NCBI GenBank assembly: GCA_026646655.1
Contig: JAPKHT010000008.1
Location: forward strand, 8,426-72,425
Direction of reading: 5' to 3'
DNA length: 64,000 bases
Source: Verrucomicrobiia bacterium
GTDB lineage: Bacteria; Verrucomicrobiota; Verrucomicrobiia; JADLBR01
Under the pieces are notes generated by a model. That model was not told the DNA's origin, did no database searches, and saw only the letters and a program-made list of their open reading frames with translations. The position numbers and the translations under genes are program-made. Positions 1 through 9,881 of this stretch are shown here, piece by piece. Numbering within the stretch: position 1 is the stretch's first letter; each line of letters starts with the position of its first letter.

Positions 1-1
1 G

Positions 2-1852
2 AGCGCGAGCGCGGAACAGGAGATCGCCTCGGCGGACTGGCCGAAGATCCGGCACTTCAAGGTGGAGAAGAGGCCCGAGGGCTATCCCGTCGGGGACGTG
101 CCGAGCGCCAAGCAGTGGGAGGTCTGCGCCCCGGCGACGGTCGGCGCGTTCACGGCGTGCGGCTACTTCATGGCCCGCGAACTGCACAAGGAGCTGGGCG
201 TGCCCGTGGGGCTGATCAACAGCTCGTGGGGCGGCACCCGGATCGAGCCCTGGACGGCCCCCGCGGGATTCGACGCGGTCGATGAACTCAAGACCCTCGC
301 GGAGCAGGTGCGCCTAGCCGACCCGAGATCGCCCGCGCACAAGGCGAGGCTGGGGGAGTACGCGGGGCAGGTCGAGGCGTGGCTCGCGAGGGCGCGCGAG
401 GCGATCTCGGGCGACAAGTCATCGCCCGCGCTGGCGCCGTATCCCCCGGAACTGAAGCCGATCACGGAGCAGGTGGCCTCCAACCAGCACCAGCAGCCGA
501 CGGCCCTGTACAACGGCATGATCCACGGGCTGATCCCGTTCGCCTTCCGCGGCGCGATCTGGTACCAGGGCGAATCCAACCACCGCGAGGGCATGCTCTA
601 CGTCGCCAAGAAGGAGGCGCTCGTCCGTGGCTGGCGCAGGCTCTGGGGGAATGACTTTCCGTTCCTCTACGTGCAGATCGCGCCATTCAAGTACGGCGAT
701 GAGCCGCCGCAGTACCTGGCCGAGTTCTGGGAGGCGCAGGCCGCGGCCCTGAAGATCCCGAACACCGGCATGGTCGTGCCCAATGACATCGCCGATTACA
801 ACGACATCCACCCGAAGAACAAGCAGGAGGTCGGGCGCCGCCTCGCGCTGCTGGCGCTCAAGAACACGTATGGGCGCGGCGGCCTCGTGGCCGACGGCCC
901 GACGTTCAAGAAATTGACCCTCGAGGGCGACCGGCTGCGCGTCGAGTTCGACAATGTCGGCGGCGGGCTGGTCTCCCGCGATGGCAAGCCGCTGAACTGG
1001 TTCCGGGTCATCGGCGAGGACACGGACTTCGAGGACGCCGAGGCGACGATCGAGGGCGGCGCCGTGATCCTGCGGTCGCCGAAAGTCCCGAAGCCGGTCG
1101 CCGTGCAGTTCGCGTGGCACAAGGCGGCGGAGCACAACCTCCAGAACAAGGAGGGGTTGCCGGCGCGCCCATTCCGGGCCGGCGATGTCCCGAAGCGCGA
1201 CTTCCTCGCCCTGCGCATCGCCGAGGCGAAGGACTATACCCTGGCGCTCGAGATGGACCTCAGCAAGCTCGGGCGCAACATCGCCTACGACGCCGACCAC
1301 CGCCCCCGCATCGCCCGCCCCTTCGACCGCATCGCCTATTTCCTGGAACTCCAGCGAGAGGGCGAGGCCCTTCAGTACCTCTACGTTTCCATGGACGCCT
1401 TCACCGATGACCTCGGCAAGATCGGGATCCCGGCGCCCGAGTCAAAGGCCGTCTTCCAGCAGAAGGTCGCCCACGCGAACGTCGAATCGAATGCGGAGGG
1501 GATTGTCACGGGCTCGGGACTGGCAGGCTGCAACATCGAGTTCTGGCCGCACAACTACGGCCCCCAGAACAGCGCCAACATCCCGGACGCCAGCGCGCAG
1601 CTCTGGGATTTCGGGGACCAGTACGCGCCGCCCGAGGACGGCTACGGCTGCATGCAGGTCCACAACTCCGAGGCCAAGCAGACGCTCTTTGCGATCAACA
1701 ACTGGAAGTCTGGCGCCGCAGCCGACATCGGCATCGGCAACAGCGCGCCCACCAACGAGCGGACCGGCGCGACCCGCGACTGGACGTTCAACGGCAACGC
1801 GGGCGGCTACACCGTCAAGCGGCTCAGGGTGCTGGTCCGGGAGAAGAAGTAG
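2..1852 (+). CDS. Sialate O-acetylesterase (SASA/SGNH family) with C-terminal extension; 5'-partial
   Basis: Frame is open from the window edge (SASAEQEIASADWPKIRHFKV...). Motifs SWGGTRIEPW, GAIWYQGESN, DIHPKNKQEVGRRLA, LQNKEGLPARPFR. Confidence 0.9.
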   Translation, partial: SASAEQEIASADWPKIRHFKVEKRPEGYPVGDVPSAKQWEVCAPATVGAFTACGYFMARELHKELGVPVGLINSSWGGTRIEPWTAPAGFDAVDELKTLAEQVRLADPRSPAHKARLGEYAGQVEAWLARAREAISGDKSSPALAPYPPELKPITEQVASNQHQQPTALYNGMIHGLIPFAFRGAIWYQGESNHREGMLYVAKKEALVRGWRRLWGNDFPFLYVQIAPFKYGDEPPQYLAEFWEAQAAALKIPNTGMVVPNDIADYNDIHPKNKQEVGRRLALLALKNTYGRGGLVADGPTFKKLTLEGDRLRVEFDNVGGGLVSRDGKPLNWFRVIGEDTDFEDAEATIEGGAVILRSPKVPKPVAVQFAWHKAAEHNLQNKEGLPARPFRAGDVPKRDFLALRIAEAKDYTLALEMDLSKLGRNIAYDADHRPRIARPFDRIAYFLELQREGEALQYLYVSMDAFTDDLGKIGIPAPESKAVFQQKVAHANVESNAEGIVTGSGLAGCNIEFWPHNYGPQNSANIPDASAQLWDFGDQYAPPEDGYGCMQVHNSEAKQTLFAINNWKSGAAADIGIGNSAPTNERTGATRDWTFNGNAGGYTVKRLRVLVREKK

Positions 1853-1858
1853 GGGCCG

Positions 1859-2620
1859 CTACTCCAGCCAGACCGACACCCACAGACGGTGGGGGCTGTC
1901 CTTCTTGCCGAGGATCAGCTCGTTGTCCCCGACGTGCAGGTCGGCGTCGGATCGATCGAACTCCGAGCCGAGGGGTGTCCCGTTGAGGATGGTCCCGTGC
2001 CGGCTGCCGCGGTCGCGCAGGACGATGACGCCCCCGTGGCGCTCGATCGAGCACTGGTGCGGCGAGACCTGGTAGGGTTCCTTGTCCTGCACCGTGTAGT
2101 CGTTCGGAAAAAGGACGCTGAAGTACCCGCCCTGCGTGGCGCGCCCGATGCGGAAGGGGAACTTCGGGACCAGCACGCCGGGTTCGCCGGCCGCGCGCTC
2201 GGCGACGGTCTGGACGCGCACGCGCGGGGTTTTCTCGGAGGCCTGGGGGGTCCGGGGGGCCGGGGCTGTGGCACCGAGTCGCGCCAGTTGCTCGTTCGCG
2301 TGCCGGAGCCGCTCGAAGAATGAGGCGAGGTAAGGCAAGAGCCTCTTGGGGTCGGTGAGGATGAGGTGGTTGAAATCGTAGTCGGTGAGCACCTCGACCT
2401 CGGTGGCGTCGATGGCCCGCGCGCTGGCCGAGCGCGGGCGATCCTGCATGATGGCCATCTCGCCAAAGATCTCCCCGGGGGAGAGCTCGGCCAGCGGGAT
2501 CTCGCGGCCGTCCTTTTCCAGGAAAATGAGCACGCGCCCGGTGAGTATGCGGTAGGCGTGGCGCCCCTCCTGGCCCTCGCGAAAGATCAGTTGGCCGGGC
2601 TCGAGTCTCTCGTGGTGCAT
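1859..2620 (-). CDS. Cyclic-nucleotide-binding domain + FHA domain protein
   Basis: N-terminal IFREG...GEIFGEMAIMQDRPRSASARA (cNMP phosphate-binding cassette). C-terminal IGR...VSPHQC...DRGSRHGTILNG (FHA). ATG at 2620 with GGAGG upstream. Confidence 0.88.
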   Translation of the reverse strand: MHHERLEPGQLIFREGQEGRHAYRILTGRVLIFLEKDGREIPLAELSPGEIFGEMAIMQDRPRSASARAIDATEVEVLTDYDFNHLILTDPKRLLPYLASFFERLRHANEQLARLGATAPAPRTPQASEKTPRVRVQTVAERAAGEPGVLVPKFPFRIGRATQGGYFSVLFPNDYTVQDKEPYQVSPHQCSIERHGGVIVLRDRGSRHGTILNGTPLGSEFDRSDADLHVGDNELILGKKDSPHRLWVSVWLE

Positions 2621-2672
2621 GGGTCCCTCCGGGGTGAGAACACAGGTACTCAATCGCGGCCGAGATGCGGTG

Positions 2673-4556
2673 TCAAGGCGAGGGGTTCAGCCGAGGGATC
2701 AGGTAATCGAGCATCCGCGCCGGGTAGGCGGCGGCGCGGTGCCTCGCGTCCTGGCCGACGGGCTTTCTCGGCAGGGCCTGGATGCGGGCGGCCAGGGGCC
2801 GGGCCTTCTCGCCGAGATGATCGATCGCGTTCAGCGCCTCGTTGGAGCGATAGGGATCGGAGCGCGCCATGTCGGCGTGGGCCATGAGCACCTCCATCGC
2901 GGGTTCAAGATCGGCGGCTTCGCCGAAGCGCCCGAGGGCCTCGGCGGCGACGATCTGGACGCTGGGCGATTCGTCTTTCAGCAGGGGCCGGAGTTTGTCC
3001 GCCGCGCCGCTAGCCGCCCCCTCGCCCCAGATGATGAGGCCCAGCGCGCCCCAGTAGCGGACGACGGGCTCGGGATCGGACAAGAGGGCCACCATTTCCG
3101 CGAGGCTGGCGCGCGAGCCGTCACTGCCCATCTGTGCGGCTTTGACGATGCGGTCGAAGTCGAGGCCCTTGGGGTCCCGCCCGAGCGCAAACGGGCTGCC
3201 AAAGGTGGCGGCGCGGCGGTGCATCTCGGCCTCCGGGACGAAGCCGAGGTCGCGGGTACCGCGCAGGTGCGCATCGAGCGCCGCGCGCAATTTCTCCAGC
3301 GCGGCCCTGGCCTCGGGGGCATCCGATCTCACGAGGTTGTTGACCTGGTCGCGGTCGGCGGCCAGGTCGTACAGCTCCTCGGCGGCTTTCGGTTTCCAAA
3401 AGGCGGCCTGCTCCGGGGTGAGTTTTCCCTCGTCGAACAACTTCTTCCAGGCCTGGGTGGTCTGCGTCTGGAACATGTAGGCGAGGTATTGGCCCTGCGG
3501 GATGTGCGGCATGAAGTTCCGGATGTAGAGCCAGCGGCCATCCTCCACGGAACGCGTGAAGTCGAAGCGCTCATCCATGCGGTTACGGAACCCGAAGTTG
3601 AAGGCGCGGGCCCCGGTGGCGTGCGGCCCCATGAAGGCCCTGCCGTGCATGTTCGACGGCGTGGGCACGCCCGCGATGCTCAGCACCGTCGGGCCGAAAT
3701 CCACGAAGCTGACGAGGCGGTCGGTGCTGCCGCCCGTCCGGTATTCGGAGGGCGCCATGGCCTTGAACTTCTCGGGCACGTGGACGATCAGCGGGACGCG
3801 CAGGCCCAGCTCGTAGAGCCATCGCTTGCCGCGCGGCATCCCGCAGCCGTTGTCGCCAAAATAGAAGACGATCGTGTCGCCCGCGAGCCCGGCATCCTCG
3901 ATCTCCTTGAGGAGCCTGGCCGCCTGGGCGTCCATCATCGTGAGGCGGTCGTAGTGCTGGGCCCAGTTGGCGCGGACCTCGGGCGTATCCGGATGAAAGG
4001 CGGGAACGCGGGCCTTCGCGGGATCGTGCGTCCTGTCCCTGTCATCGATCTCGTTGCGCAGCTGGCTCTCGTGGGTGATCTCCAGGTTGAAGACCGCGAA
4101 GAAGGGCTTGCCCGCGGGACGATTCTTCCAGTGGGCCTTCTTCGAGCTCTCGTCCCAGGTGCCGTCGGGCTTCGAGACGTTATAATCCTCTTTGCTGTTG
4201 TTGGTGCAGTAGTACCCGGCCTCGCGGAGGTGTTGCGGGTACAGCTTCATGCCCTCGGGCAGCGGCACCATGCTGCGCATGTGCTGGGCGCCGAGCGTCG
4301 CCGGGAACATGCCGGTGATCAGCGCCGTGCGCGCCGGCGCGCACACGGGGGCGTTGGAGCAGGCCCGCGTGTACCGCAGTCCGCGCGCCGCCAGCGCGTC
4401 GAGGTTCGGGGTCTTCGCGTAGTCGTCCCCGTAGCAACCGAGCATCGGGCAGTTGTCCTCGCTGGTGATCCAGAGGATGTTGGGTTTGTCGGGGGCGGCC
4501 GGGGCGGCGGAGGCCAGGGCCAGGGATGCGAACAGGATCGACCGGGCGCGTGTCAT
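2673..4556 (-). CDS. Secreted Cys-type sulfatase with C-terminal HEAT-like repeats
   Basis: Signal peptide, PNILWITSED, CAPAR (CxPxR), GDNG...PRGKRWLYE. Tail LLSDPEPVVRYWGALGL / LLKDESPSVQIVAAEALGRFG is HEAT-like. Confidence 0.92.
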   Translation of the reverse strand: MTRARSILFASLALASAAPAAPDKPNILWITSEDNCPMLGCYGDDYAKTPNLDALAARGLRYTRACSNAPVCAPARTALITGMFPATLGAQHMRSMVPLPEGMKLYPQHLREAGYYCTNNSKEDYNVSKPDGTWDESSKKAHWKNRPAGKPFFAVFNLEITHESQLRNEIDDRDRTHDPAKARVPAFHPDTPEVRANWAQHYDRLTMMDAQAARLLKEIEDAGLAGDTIVFYFGDNGCGMPRGKRWLYELGLRVPLIVHVPEKFKAMAPSEYRTGGSTDRLVSFVDFGPTVLSIAGVPTPSNMHGRAFMGPHATGARAFNFGFRNRMDERFDFTRSVEDGRWLYIRNFMPHIPQGQYLAYMFQTQTTQAWKKLFDEGKLTPEQAAFWKPKAAEELYDLAADRDQVNNLVRSDAPEARAALEKLRAALDAHLRGTRDLGFVPEAEMHRRAATFGSPFALGRDPKGLDFDRIVKAAQMGSDGSRASLAEMVALLSDPEPVVRYWGALGLIIWGEGAASGAADKLRPLLKDESPSVQIVAAEALGRFGEAADLEPAMEVLMAHADMARSDPYRSNEALNAIDHLGEKARPLAARIQALPRKPVGQDARHRAAAYPARMLDYLIPRLNPSP

Positions 4557-4622
4557 CGCGCCAGTCTGGGCGGGGAACGTGCCCCGCACAATCGCGAACT
4601 CACTGAGAATCGCGGTTCCCCC

Positions 4623-7600
4623 TCAAGGCGCCGCGATGACGTGGATGTTCCAGTTGGCCGACTCACCCGGCAGCAGCGCGCCGGTGCTCGCGTCATCGTA
4701 GCGCTCAAATCCAATCTCGGCGCCGTTGGCCCGCCATGTCGGGTGGGATTCGTCCCAGTCGGGCGAGCGCGTCACGTTGGTGAACCCGCTGCCATCCGCC
4801 TGGACTACGGCGATGTCGGAATGGGCGCTTGCTGACTCGCGGAACGTGAATGCGATGCGCGCACCGTTTGCGGAAAACTCGGGCCATTCGTTGAACGCGC
4901 CGGAGGCCTGGCCTGAAGTCGTGAGCCTGGTGGGCGTGCCCGTGCCATTCGTGTTGTGGAGATAGAGGTCTCGCCCGGAGCCGCTCTTCCGGGAGACGAC
5001 CGCCACGGTGCCATTTGCATTCAGCCCAAAACCGCGGTCCAGCAGTTCCCCCGTGGCCGAGCTGCTGGTGAGGAATGCGGTCCCGTAGGTCGAGGCGTAT
5101 TGGTGGAATACGTTGAGGGGGCCCGCCCGGAGGGCGATGTTGCCGGTGCCATCTGGCGACGTGCTGTAGCGCCAGGCGATCGTCGAGCCGTCGCGCGAGC
5201 CGCGGATGCACCCGCCGGCCCCGCCCCCATCGATCCTGAGCCTGCGATCAAAGGCGCTGTCGCTCCCGTCCAATACAGTCCGTTGCCACGGGTCTGCATC
5301 GGGCAGGAACTCCAAGTACTCGCGTGTTGTGCCGACCCTTTCCTCGACGAGCACCTCCGGCATGTGCGGCGAGGAGGCGCCCCGCCAGCAGAGGGAATGC
5401 ACGAGGCCATTCTGGCCCTGGGTGGGTCCCGTTGCCATCAGGTGCTCATTCGTGCCGGTGCTGATGACATGACCGAGGTTGGGTGCATTGGTGTGGGACT
5501 GCCAACAGGCGATGTACGCGATGATCTGCTGCGTGGGGTGCCAGCTCGGCTGGAGGTCGTTGCCCGGGTTCATCGTGATGCGCAGTGTCCGCGGGGGAGG
5601 TTCTGGGGGCACCTCCCAACGCATCCGGTAAAACGCCGCGCGCGGGGGCCGGGGCAGGAGGCCGGGGACATCGAAGAGCAGCTCGTAATGGTGTTCGCAC
5701 TCGGTGCATTCGAAGACGGCGGGGTCGTAGCCGCTGGCTGCGTTGGAGTAGACGAGGATGTCCTCCCAATCGATGAGGTTGGTGGAGCCTTGGATGGTGA
5801 TGGGTGTCTCGGGATCGGGCTTGAGCATGCGCGCGCGCAGCAGCGGGATGCCGGGGCCGGCGGCGTCGCACATGCTGATCTCGATCTGGTCGCAGGGCGG
5901 TGGCGGGATGGGATGGCTGGCGGCGACGAAGGGGTTGTAGCCGCCGTCGATCTCGTCGGTGTCGCCGCAGCCATCGCCGTCGGAGTCGGGGCTGTTGGGA
6001 TTGGTGTGGCGGAGGAACTCCTCGAGGTTGGTGAGGGTGTCGCCATCGGCGTCGACCTGGGCGTCGGCGGCATTGTTCGGGTCGAGGCCGTTGTCGGTCT
6101 CGAAGTCATCGCCCATGCCGTCGCCGTCGGAGTCGGGATAGTAGGGGCCGGGGATCACAAGGAAGCCCGGGCCCTGCGGGATCGCAGTGTTCGTGTCGCC
6201 GCCGCGATGGACGAGGGAACAGGTCAGCAGCTCGAAGCGCCTGTGACCCGCGACGGCGCAGGCGAGGGTCCAGGTGACATTGGTCGACGTGCCCGCGGCC
6301 AGGGATGGCAATGGCACGGTGAGCGATCCGCCCGCGAGCGCCAGGTTCGAGCGCGGCGCCAGCTCGAGGGACGCGTCGACGCCGGCCGCGTTGCTGCTGC
6401 CGACGCTGACGATTTGGGCGGTCACGTCGAGCGTCTTGCCCGGGGCCGGGGGGAGCAACGGCCGGCCATCCGCGTTGCTGGCGGACAGCCGCGCGATGGC
6501 GAGGATGGGGCCGGGTTCCGGCTGGCCTTCGGTGGCGAGGTCGGCGGCGCCGAGCGCCCGATCCGCGGAGTCGAGCGTCGCGATGAGGGTCGCGATCTGG
6601 TCCAAGAGTTTTTCACGGAGTGCGGTGGCGCCCGGCGCATCGGGGGGATTGCCTGCGGCATCGTGGATGTGGAGTTCGAGGCTGGCGGCGAGCACGTAGT
6701 GGTAGCTGTCGTGGCACCAGCCGAGCTGTTCCTCGATTTCCTCGAGTTCTTCCGCGTCCGGGTCCATGTGGAAGGTCGCGGCCGTATTGAATATCGCCGC
6801 GTCGTGGAGGTAGGCGTCCGTCGCCGGGATGACGGCATTCGTGAGTGTCGTGGTGTAGGCCGCGAGGTTGGTCGCGACCAGCAGCGCATGGGCGCCGGTG
6901 AGGGCGGCGCGGGCGGTGCTGGACGAGGGGACTGGCAGCGACATCGAGGCCAGCCCCACGGGTCCGTCACCCGCGGGCATGGGGGCCATCGCTGCCGGGG
7001 CGCCGCCCCCGGCGGGGGGCGGGAAGGTCGGTGGCGTGGCGCCGAAGGACCAGTACACGGCGTTGGCGGCCTCCTGTGGCAGGCCGACGCGGAGCCGGTC
7101 GAGGGCCATCTTGGCGTTGGCCGCGTTCGCGTAGATCTGCTCGAGGCTGAAGAGGATTTCGGTGGCGCGCGCCAGGCCCGCCTCGGCATCGGCCATCTCG
7201 CATTTCTCGAGGATGGTGTGCAAGAATGAGAACGTGGCTGCGCCGCGCCCGAAGATCTCGTCGGCGACGACGTCGATATTGCCCTGAGCCCGCACCACCG
7301 CCTCCCTCTTGGCCGCGGTGGCCCGGAGCTCGTTCAGGACAATGGCCTTCGAATCCCCGTAATCCAGCTCATAGGGCGGGCCGGCGATGGCCTTGTCGAG
7401 CGCGGTGGTCAGCAGCGGCTCCGTCGTCCTCCCGTACTCCTCGATGAGGTACTGGGCCCAGTAATTCGCGAATCGGGCCTTCCAGTCGAACACGAACTGA
7501 TTGACGTCGATCTCGGCGTCGTCGGCGAGAGTGCCGATGGCTTCGCCGAGCGCCTCCTTGAACATGTCGCGGGCGGCCTTGGTGGCCCGCTCGCCAGTCC

Positions 7601-9632
7601 ACTTGGCGATGTCGAGGAAAAGACTGAAAGACAGGGTGTCGATGTACTTCTTGATGAGCAACCCCTGGACGTCGAGGAACCAGAGCTTCTCCTCGATGAA
7701 CTCGTCGAGTTCGAGCAGGGATATGATGAGGTCTAGGGTCAGGCCCATGGTCGAGGCGAAATACTCGCCGGCGAAGTTGCCATAGATCACGGCGTCCTCG
7801 GCCATGAGCTTGAAGGCGGCCTCGGCGAGGGTGATGCGCTGGAGGGCCTCGGTCAGCGAGGTCTGCTGGCCGAGCCAAGTGGCGGTGAGTTGCTCGGCGT
7901 CGGCGTAGGGATGCGAGAGCGCGGGGCCGGACACGTTGGCGTTCGAGGCGATCCACTCGATGGCGTCGCCCACCTCCCAGTCGCGCGCGTCGCCGGGGAA
8001 TGCGGACAGGGCGGAGATCAGCGCCTCTTTCTTTTTGCGGGCGCTCTCGGTGAGCAGTCCCGCGAGGCCGAAGTCCACGCGCAGGTTGACGCCGTGTCGC
8101 AGCGCGATGGCCCGCGTGACGGGTTCGCAATCCGGCGCGCTGGCGGTGACGCTATAGATCGCGGCGGCGAGGCCATCGAAGCTATAGTCTCCCGCGGGAT
8201 TGACGGTGGCTGCTGCGGCGAGCACGCCGCCGGGACCCTGCGCGGAAACGGAGGCGTTCCCGATGGGTTCGCCGGTGTCGGCCGTGCGGACCGCGCCATA
8301 GATACGCGCCTTGGGCCCGCGGGCGTCGACCGCGGCCGCCGCCGAAGCCACCTTGCCCGAGGCGTCTGTCACTGTCACCCGCGCCATGTGCATGTCGGAC
8401 GTGGTGAAGGTGTGATCCAGGAACGATTCCTCGCCCGAATAGACGAGCAGGCCATCCACGAACCAGTCGTAGAAATAGCCCGGGGCGCCGCCGCTCACAT
8501 CTGCCGTGAGGCGCACATCGAGCGGCGTCCTGCCGATCTCGGGGTCGGCGACCAGGGTGAGGATCAGCGCGGGAGCCGTGCCATGTCGCAGTACGATCAG
8601 CCCGCTCCGGTCGGCGAGGTAGATGAAGGGTGCCGCGTAGGCCACATCCTCCGCGCGGTAAGGTGTCATGTGCCGCCCGTCGAGGACGGGATGAGCCGCA
8701 TCGCTGATGTCATACGCGCGGAGGCCGCCGTATCCCGCCACGTACGCGCATCCTCCCGAGGCCACCACCCGGTCGGCATCCTCGTCCAGCGCCCCGAGCG
8801 TGGCGGGGGAACCCGGGTTGCTGACGTCCGCCGTCCAGAACCCTTCCCCCACCGCACAGGCGATGGCGTTGGCGCCGACGAACACCCCGCGCACGCTCTT
8901 GCCGCCGCCCGGCAGCCACGTGCCCAGCAGGACCGGTGCCGCGGGGTTGGACACGTTGACGATCTTGAGGCCCGCCGTGCCATCCGCAACGTAGGCCACG
9001 CCGCCCACCACATCCACGTCATAACCCGCCGTGACCCCCGCGTATGTCCCCAGGATGCGCGGGCCGGATGTGGGCTGCCCTGGCTCGACGTCGGGATCGG
9101 TGACATCGACGATGATCAGCCCATCGTCACTGGCCACGTAGAGGGTGTTCCCCTCCAGATCCAACCCTTGCGCCCGCGTCCCGATCCAGAAAAGGCGGTC
9201 GTCGGTGTCGTATTCCGAGAGCGATGCCGTGTTGAATATGCGGATGCCGGAGCGCCAGTTGCCGGCGGCGCTGTAGCTCCAGAGCACGTGGGCGTGGGTG
9301 CCCACTTCGACCTTGCGGAAGCCGTCGATCGCGCCCGTGGCCCGTTCCTGGATCGGTGGGCTGGTCCCGACAAGCACCCGCAGTCCGCCGTTCGCATTGG
9401 TGTAGCCATAGGTCACCGAGTACGCCTCGCCCCCCGACAAGGCCACCCCATAGAAAAGGTTCGGCGAACTGCCCGAGGCGGGATACTTCCCCAGCAGCAC
9501 CGGGTCGGCCCCGGGTGACCGGACCACTGGCACGAGCGCGACGATCGCCCCACACGCGATGCCCGCAACCATGCATCGCGCTGCGCGCACGCCCCCCGTC
9601 CTTTCGATCTCTGCCCCGATCCCCGTCTTCAC
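4623..9632 (-). CDS. Large multidomain secreted/surface protein (LVIVD propeller, PKD, carboxypeptidase-regulatory-like, unknown helical region, Ca-binding DxDGDG repeats, TolB-like propeller)
   Basis: LYVA..GLIIVDV repeats; YFYDWFVDG...HTFTT PKD; IYGAVR...PIGNASV; DSDGDGMGDDFE and DADGDTLTNLEEF; PEFSANGARIAF and PTWRANG TolB-like blades. Start uncertain; GTG at 9632 chosen because AAAGGGG lies upstream. Confidence 0.82.
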   Translation of the reverse strand: MKTGIGAEIERTGGVRAARCMVAGIACGAIVALVPVVRSPGADPVLLGKYPASGSSPNLFYGVALSGGEAYSVTYGYTNANGGLRVLVGTSPPIQERATGAIDGFRKVEVGTHAHVLWSYSAAGNWRSGIRIFNTASLSEYDTDDRLFWIGTRAQGLDLEGNTLYVASDDGLIIVDVTDPDVEPGQPTSGPRILGTYAGVTAGYDVDVVGGVAYVADGTAGLKIVNVSNPAAPVLLGTWLPGGGKSVRGVFVGANAIACAVGEGFWTADVSNPGSPATLGALDEDADRVVASGGCAYVAGYGGLRAYDISDAAHPVLDGRHMTPYRAEDVAYAAPFIYLADRSGLIVLRHGTAPALILTLVADPEIGRTPLDVRLTADVSGGAPGYFYDWFVDGLLVYSGEESFLDHTFTTSDMHMARVTVTDASGKVASAAAAVDARGPKARIYGAVRTADTGEPIGNASVSAQGPGGVLAAAATVNPAGDYSFDGLAAAIYSVTASAPDCEPVTRAIALRHGVNLRVDFGLAGLLTESARKKKEALISALSAFPGDARDWEVGDAIEWIASNANVSGPALSHPYADAEQLTATWLGQQTSLTEALQRITLAEAAFKLMAEDAVIYGNFAGEYFASTMGLTLDLIISLLELDEFIEEKLWFLDVQGLLIKKYIDTLSFSLFLDIAKWTGERATKAARDMFKEALGEAIGTLADDAEIDVNQFVFDWKARFANYWAQYLIEEYGRTTEPLLTTALDKAIAGPPYELDYGDSKAIVLNELRATAAKREAVVRAQGNIDVVADEIFGRGAATFSFLHTILEKCEMADAEAGLARATEILFSLEQIYANAANAKMALDRLRVGLPQEAANAVYWSFGATPPTFPPPAGGGAPAAMAPMPAGDGPVGLASMSLPVPSSSTARAALTGAHALLVATNLAAYTTTLTNAVIPATDAYLHDAAIFNTAATFHMDPDAEELEEIEEQLGWCHDSYHYVLAASLELHIHDAAGNPPDAPGATALREKLLDQIATLIATLDSADRALGAADLATEGQPEPGPILAIARLSASNADGRPLLPPAPGKTLDVTAQIVSVGSSNAAGVDASLELAPRSNLALAGGSLTVPLPSLAAGTSTNVTWTLACAVAGHRRFELLTCSLVHRGGDTNTAIPQGPGFLVIPGPYYPDSDGDGMGDDFETDNGLDPNNAADAQVDADGDTLTNLEEFLRHTNPNSPDSDGDGCGDTDEIDGGYNPFVAASHPIPPPPCDQIEISMCDAAGPGIPLLRARMLKPDPETPITIQGSTNLIDWEDILVYSNAASGYDPAVFECTECEHHYELLFDVPGLLPRPPRAAFYRMRWEVPPEPPPRTLRITMNPGNDLQPSWHPTQQIIAYIACWQSHTNAPNLGHVISTGTNEHLMATGPTQGQNGLVHSLCWRGASSPHMPEVLVEERVGTTREYLEFLPDADPWQRTVLDGSDSAFDRRLRIDGGGAGGCIRGSRDGSTIAWRYSTSPDGTGNIALRAGPLNVFHQYASTYGTAFLTSSSATGELLDRGFGLNANGTVAVVSRKSGSGRDLYLHNTNGTGTPTRLTTSGQASGAFNEWPEFSANGARIAFTFRESASAHSDIAVVQADGSGFTNVTRSPDWDESHPTWRANGAEIGFERYDDASTGALLPGESANWNIHVIAAP

Positions 9633-9840
9633 ACGCACCCCTTTCGTCAGGGGGTCGTCGTGTGGCCGAGCGCCGGTTGGCGGCACACCCACGCCGCGAC
9701 CCGCGGTCGGTCGTGCGCGGCGCACCCTCTATGTCACAATCTAATCTCAATGACATTCTGGCGCAAACGGAAGTGATCGCGCGCAAAGCCGCACCCGCAC
9801 GCCGTGCGCGTACGTGTCCGAGAATCAAGCGGTCGTGCTT

Positions 9841-9881
9841 GCTAGCAACCTGTGGGGCTTGGCAAAGTCCGACGGGCTGGC
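9841..9881. repeat. GTCGGAC/GTCCGAC palindrome family, subtype B (left arm decayed), abutting the asnB start
   Basis: gctagcaacctgtggggctt-ggca-aagtccgacgggctggc. Bases 9858-9880 are identical to 21940-21962. Confidence 0.75.

Noticed and set aside
5685-5715. CTECEHH as a heme c attachment site
   Set aside because: Spacing is CxxCxH, not CxxCH.
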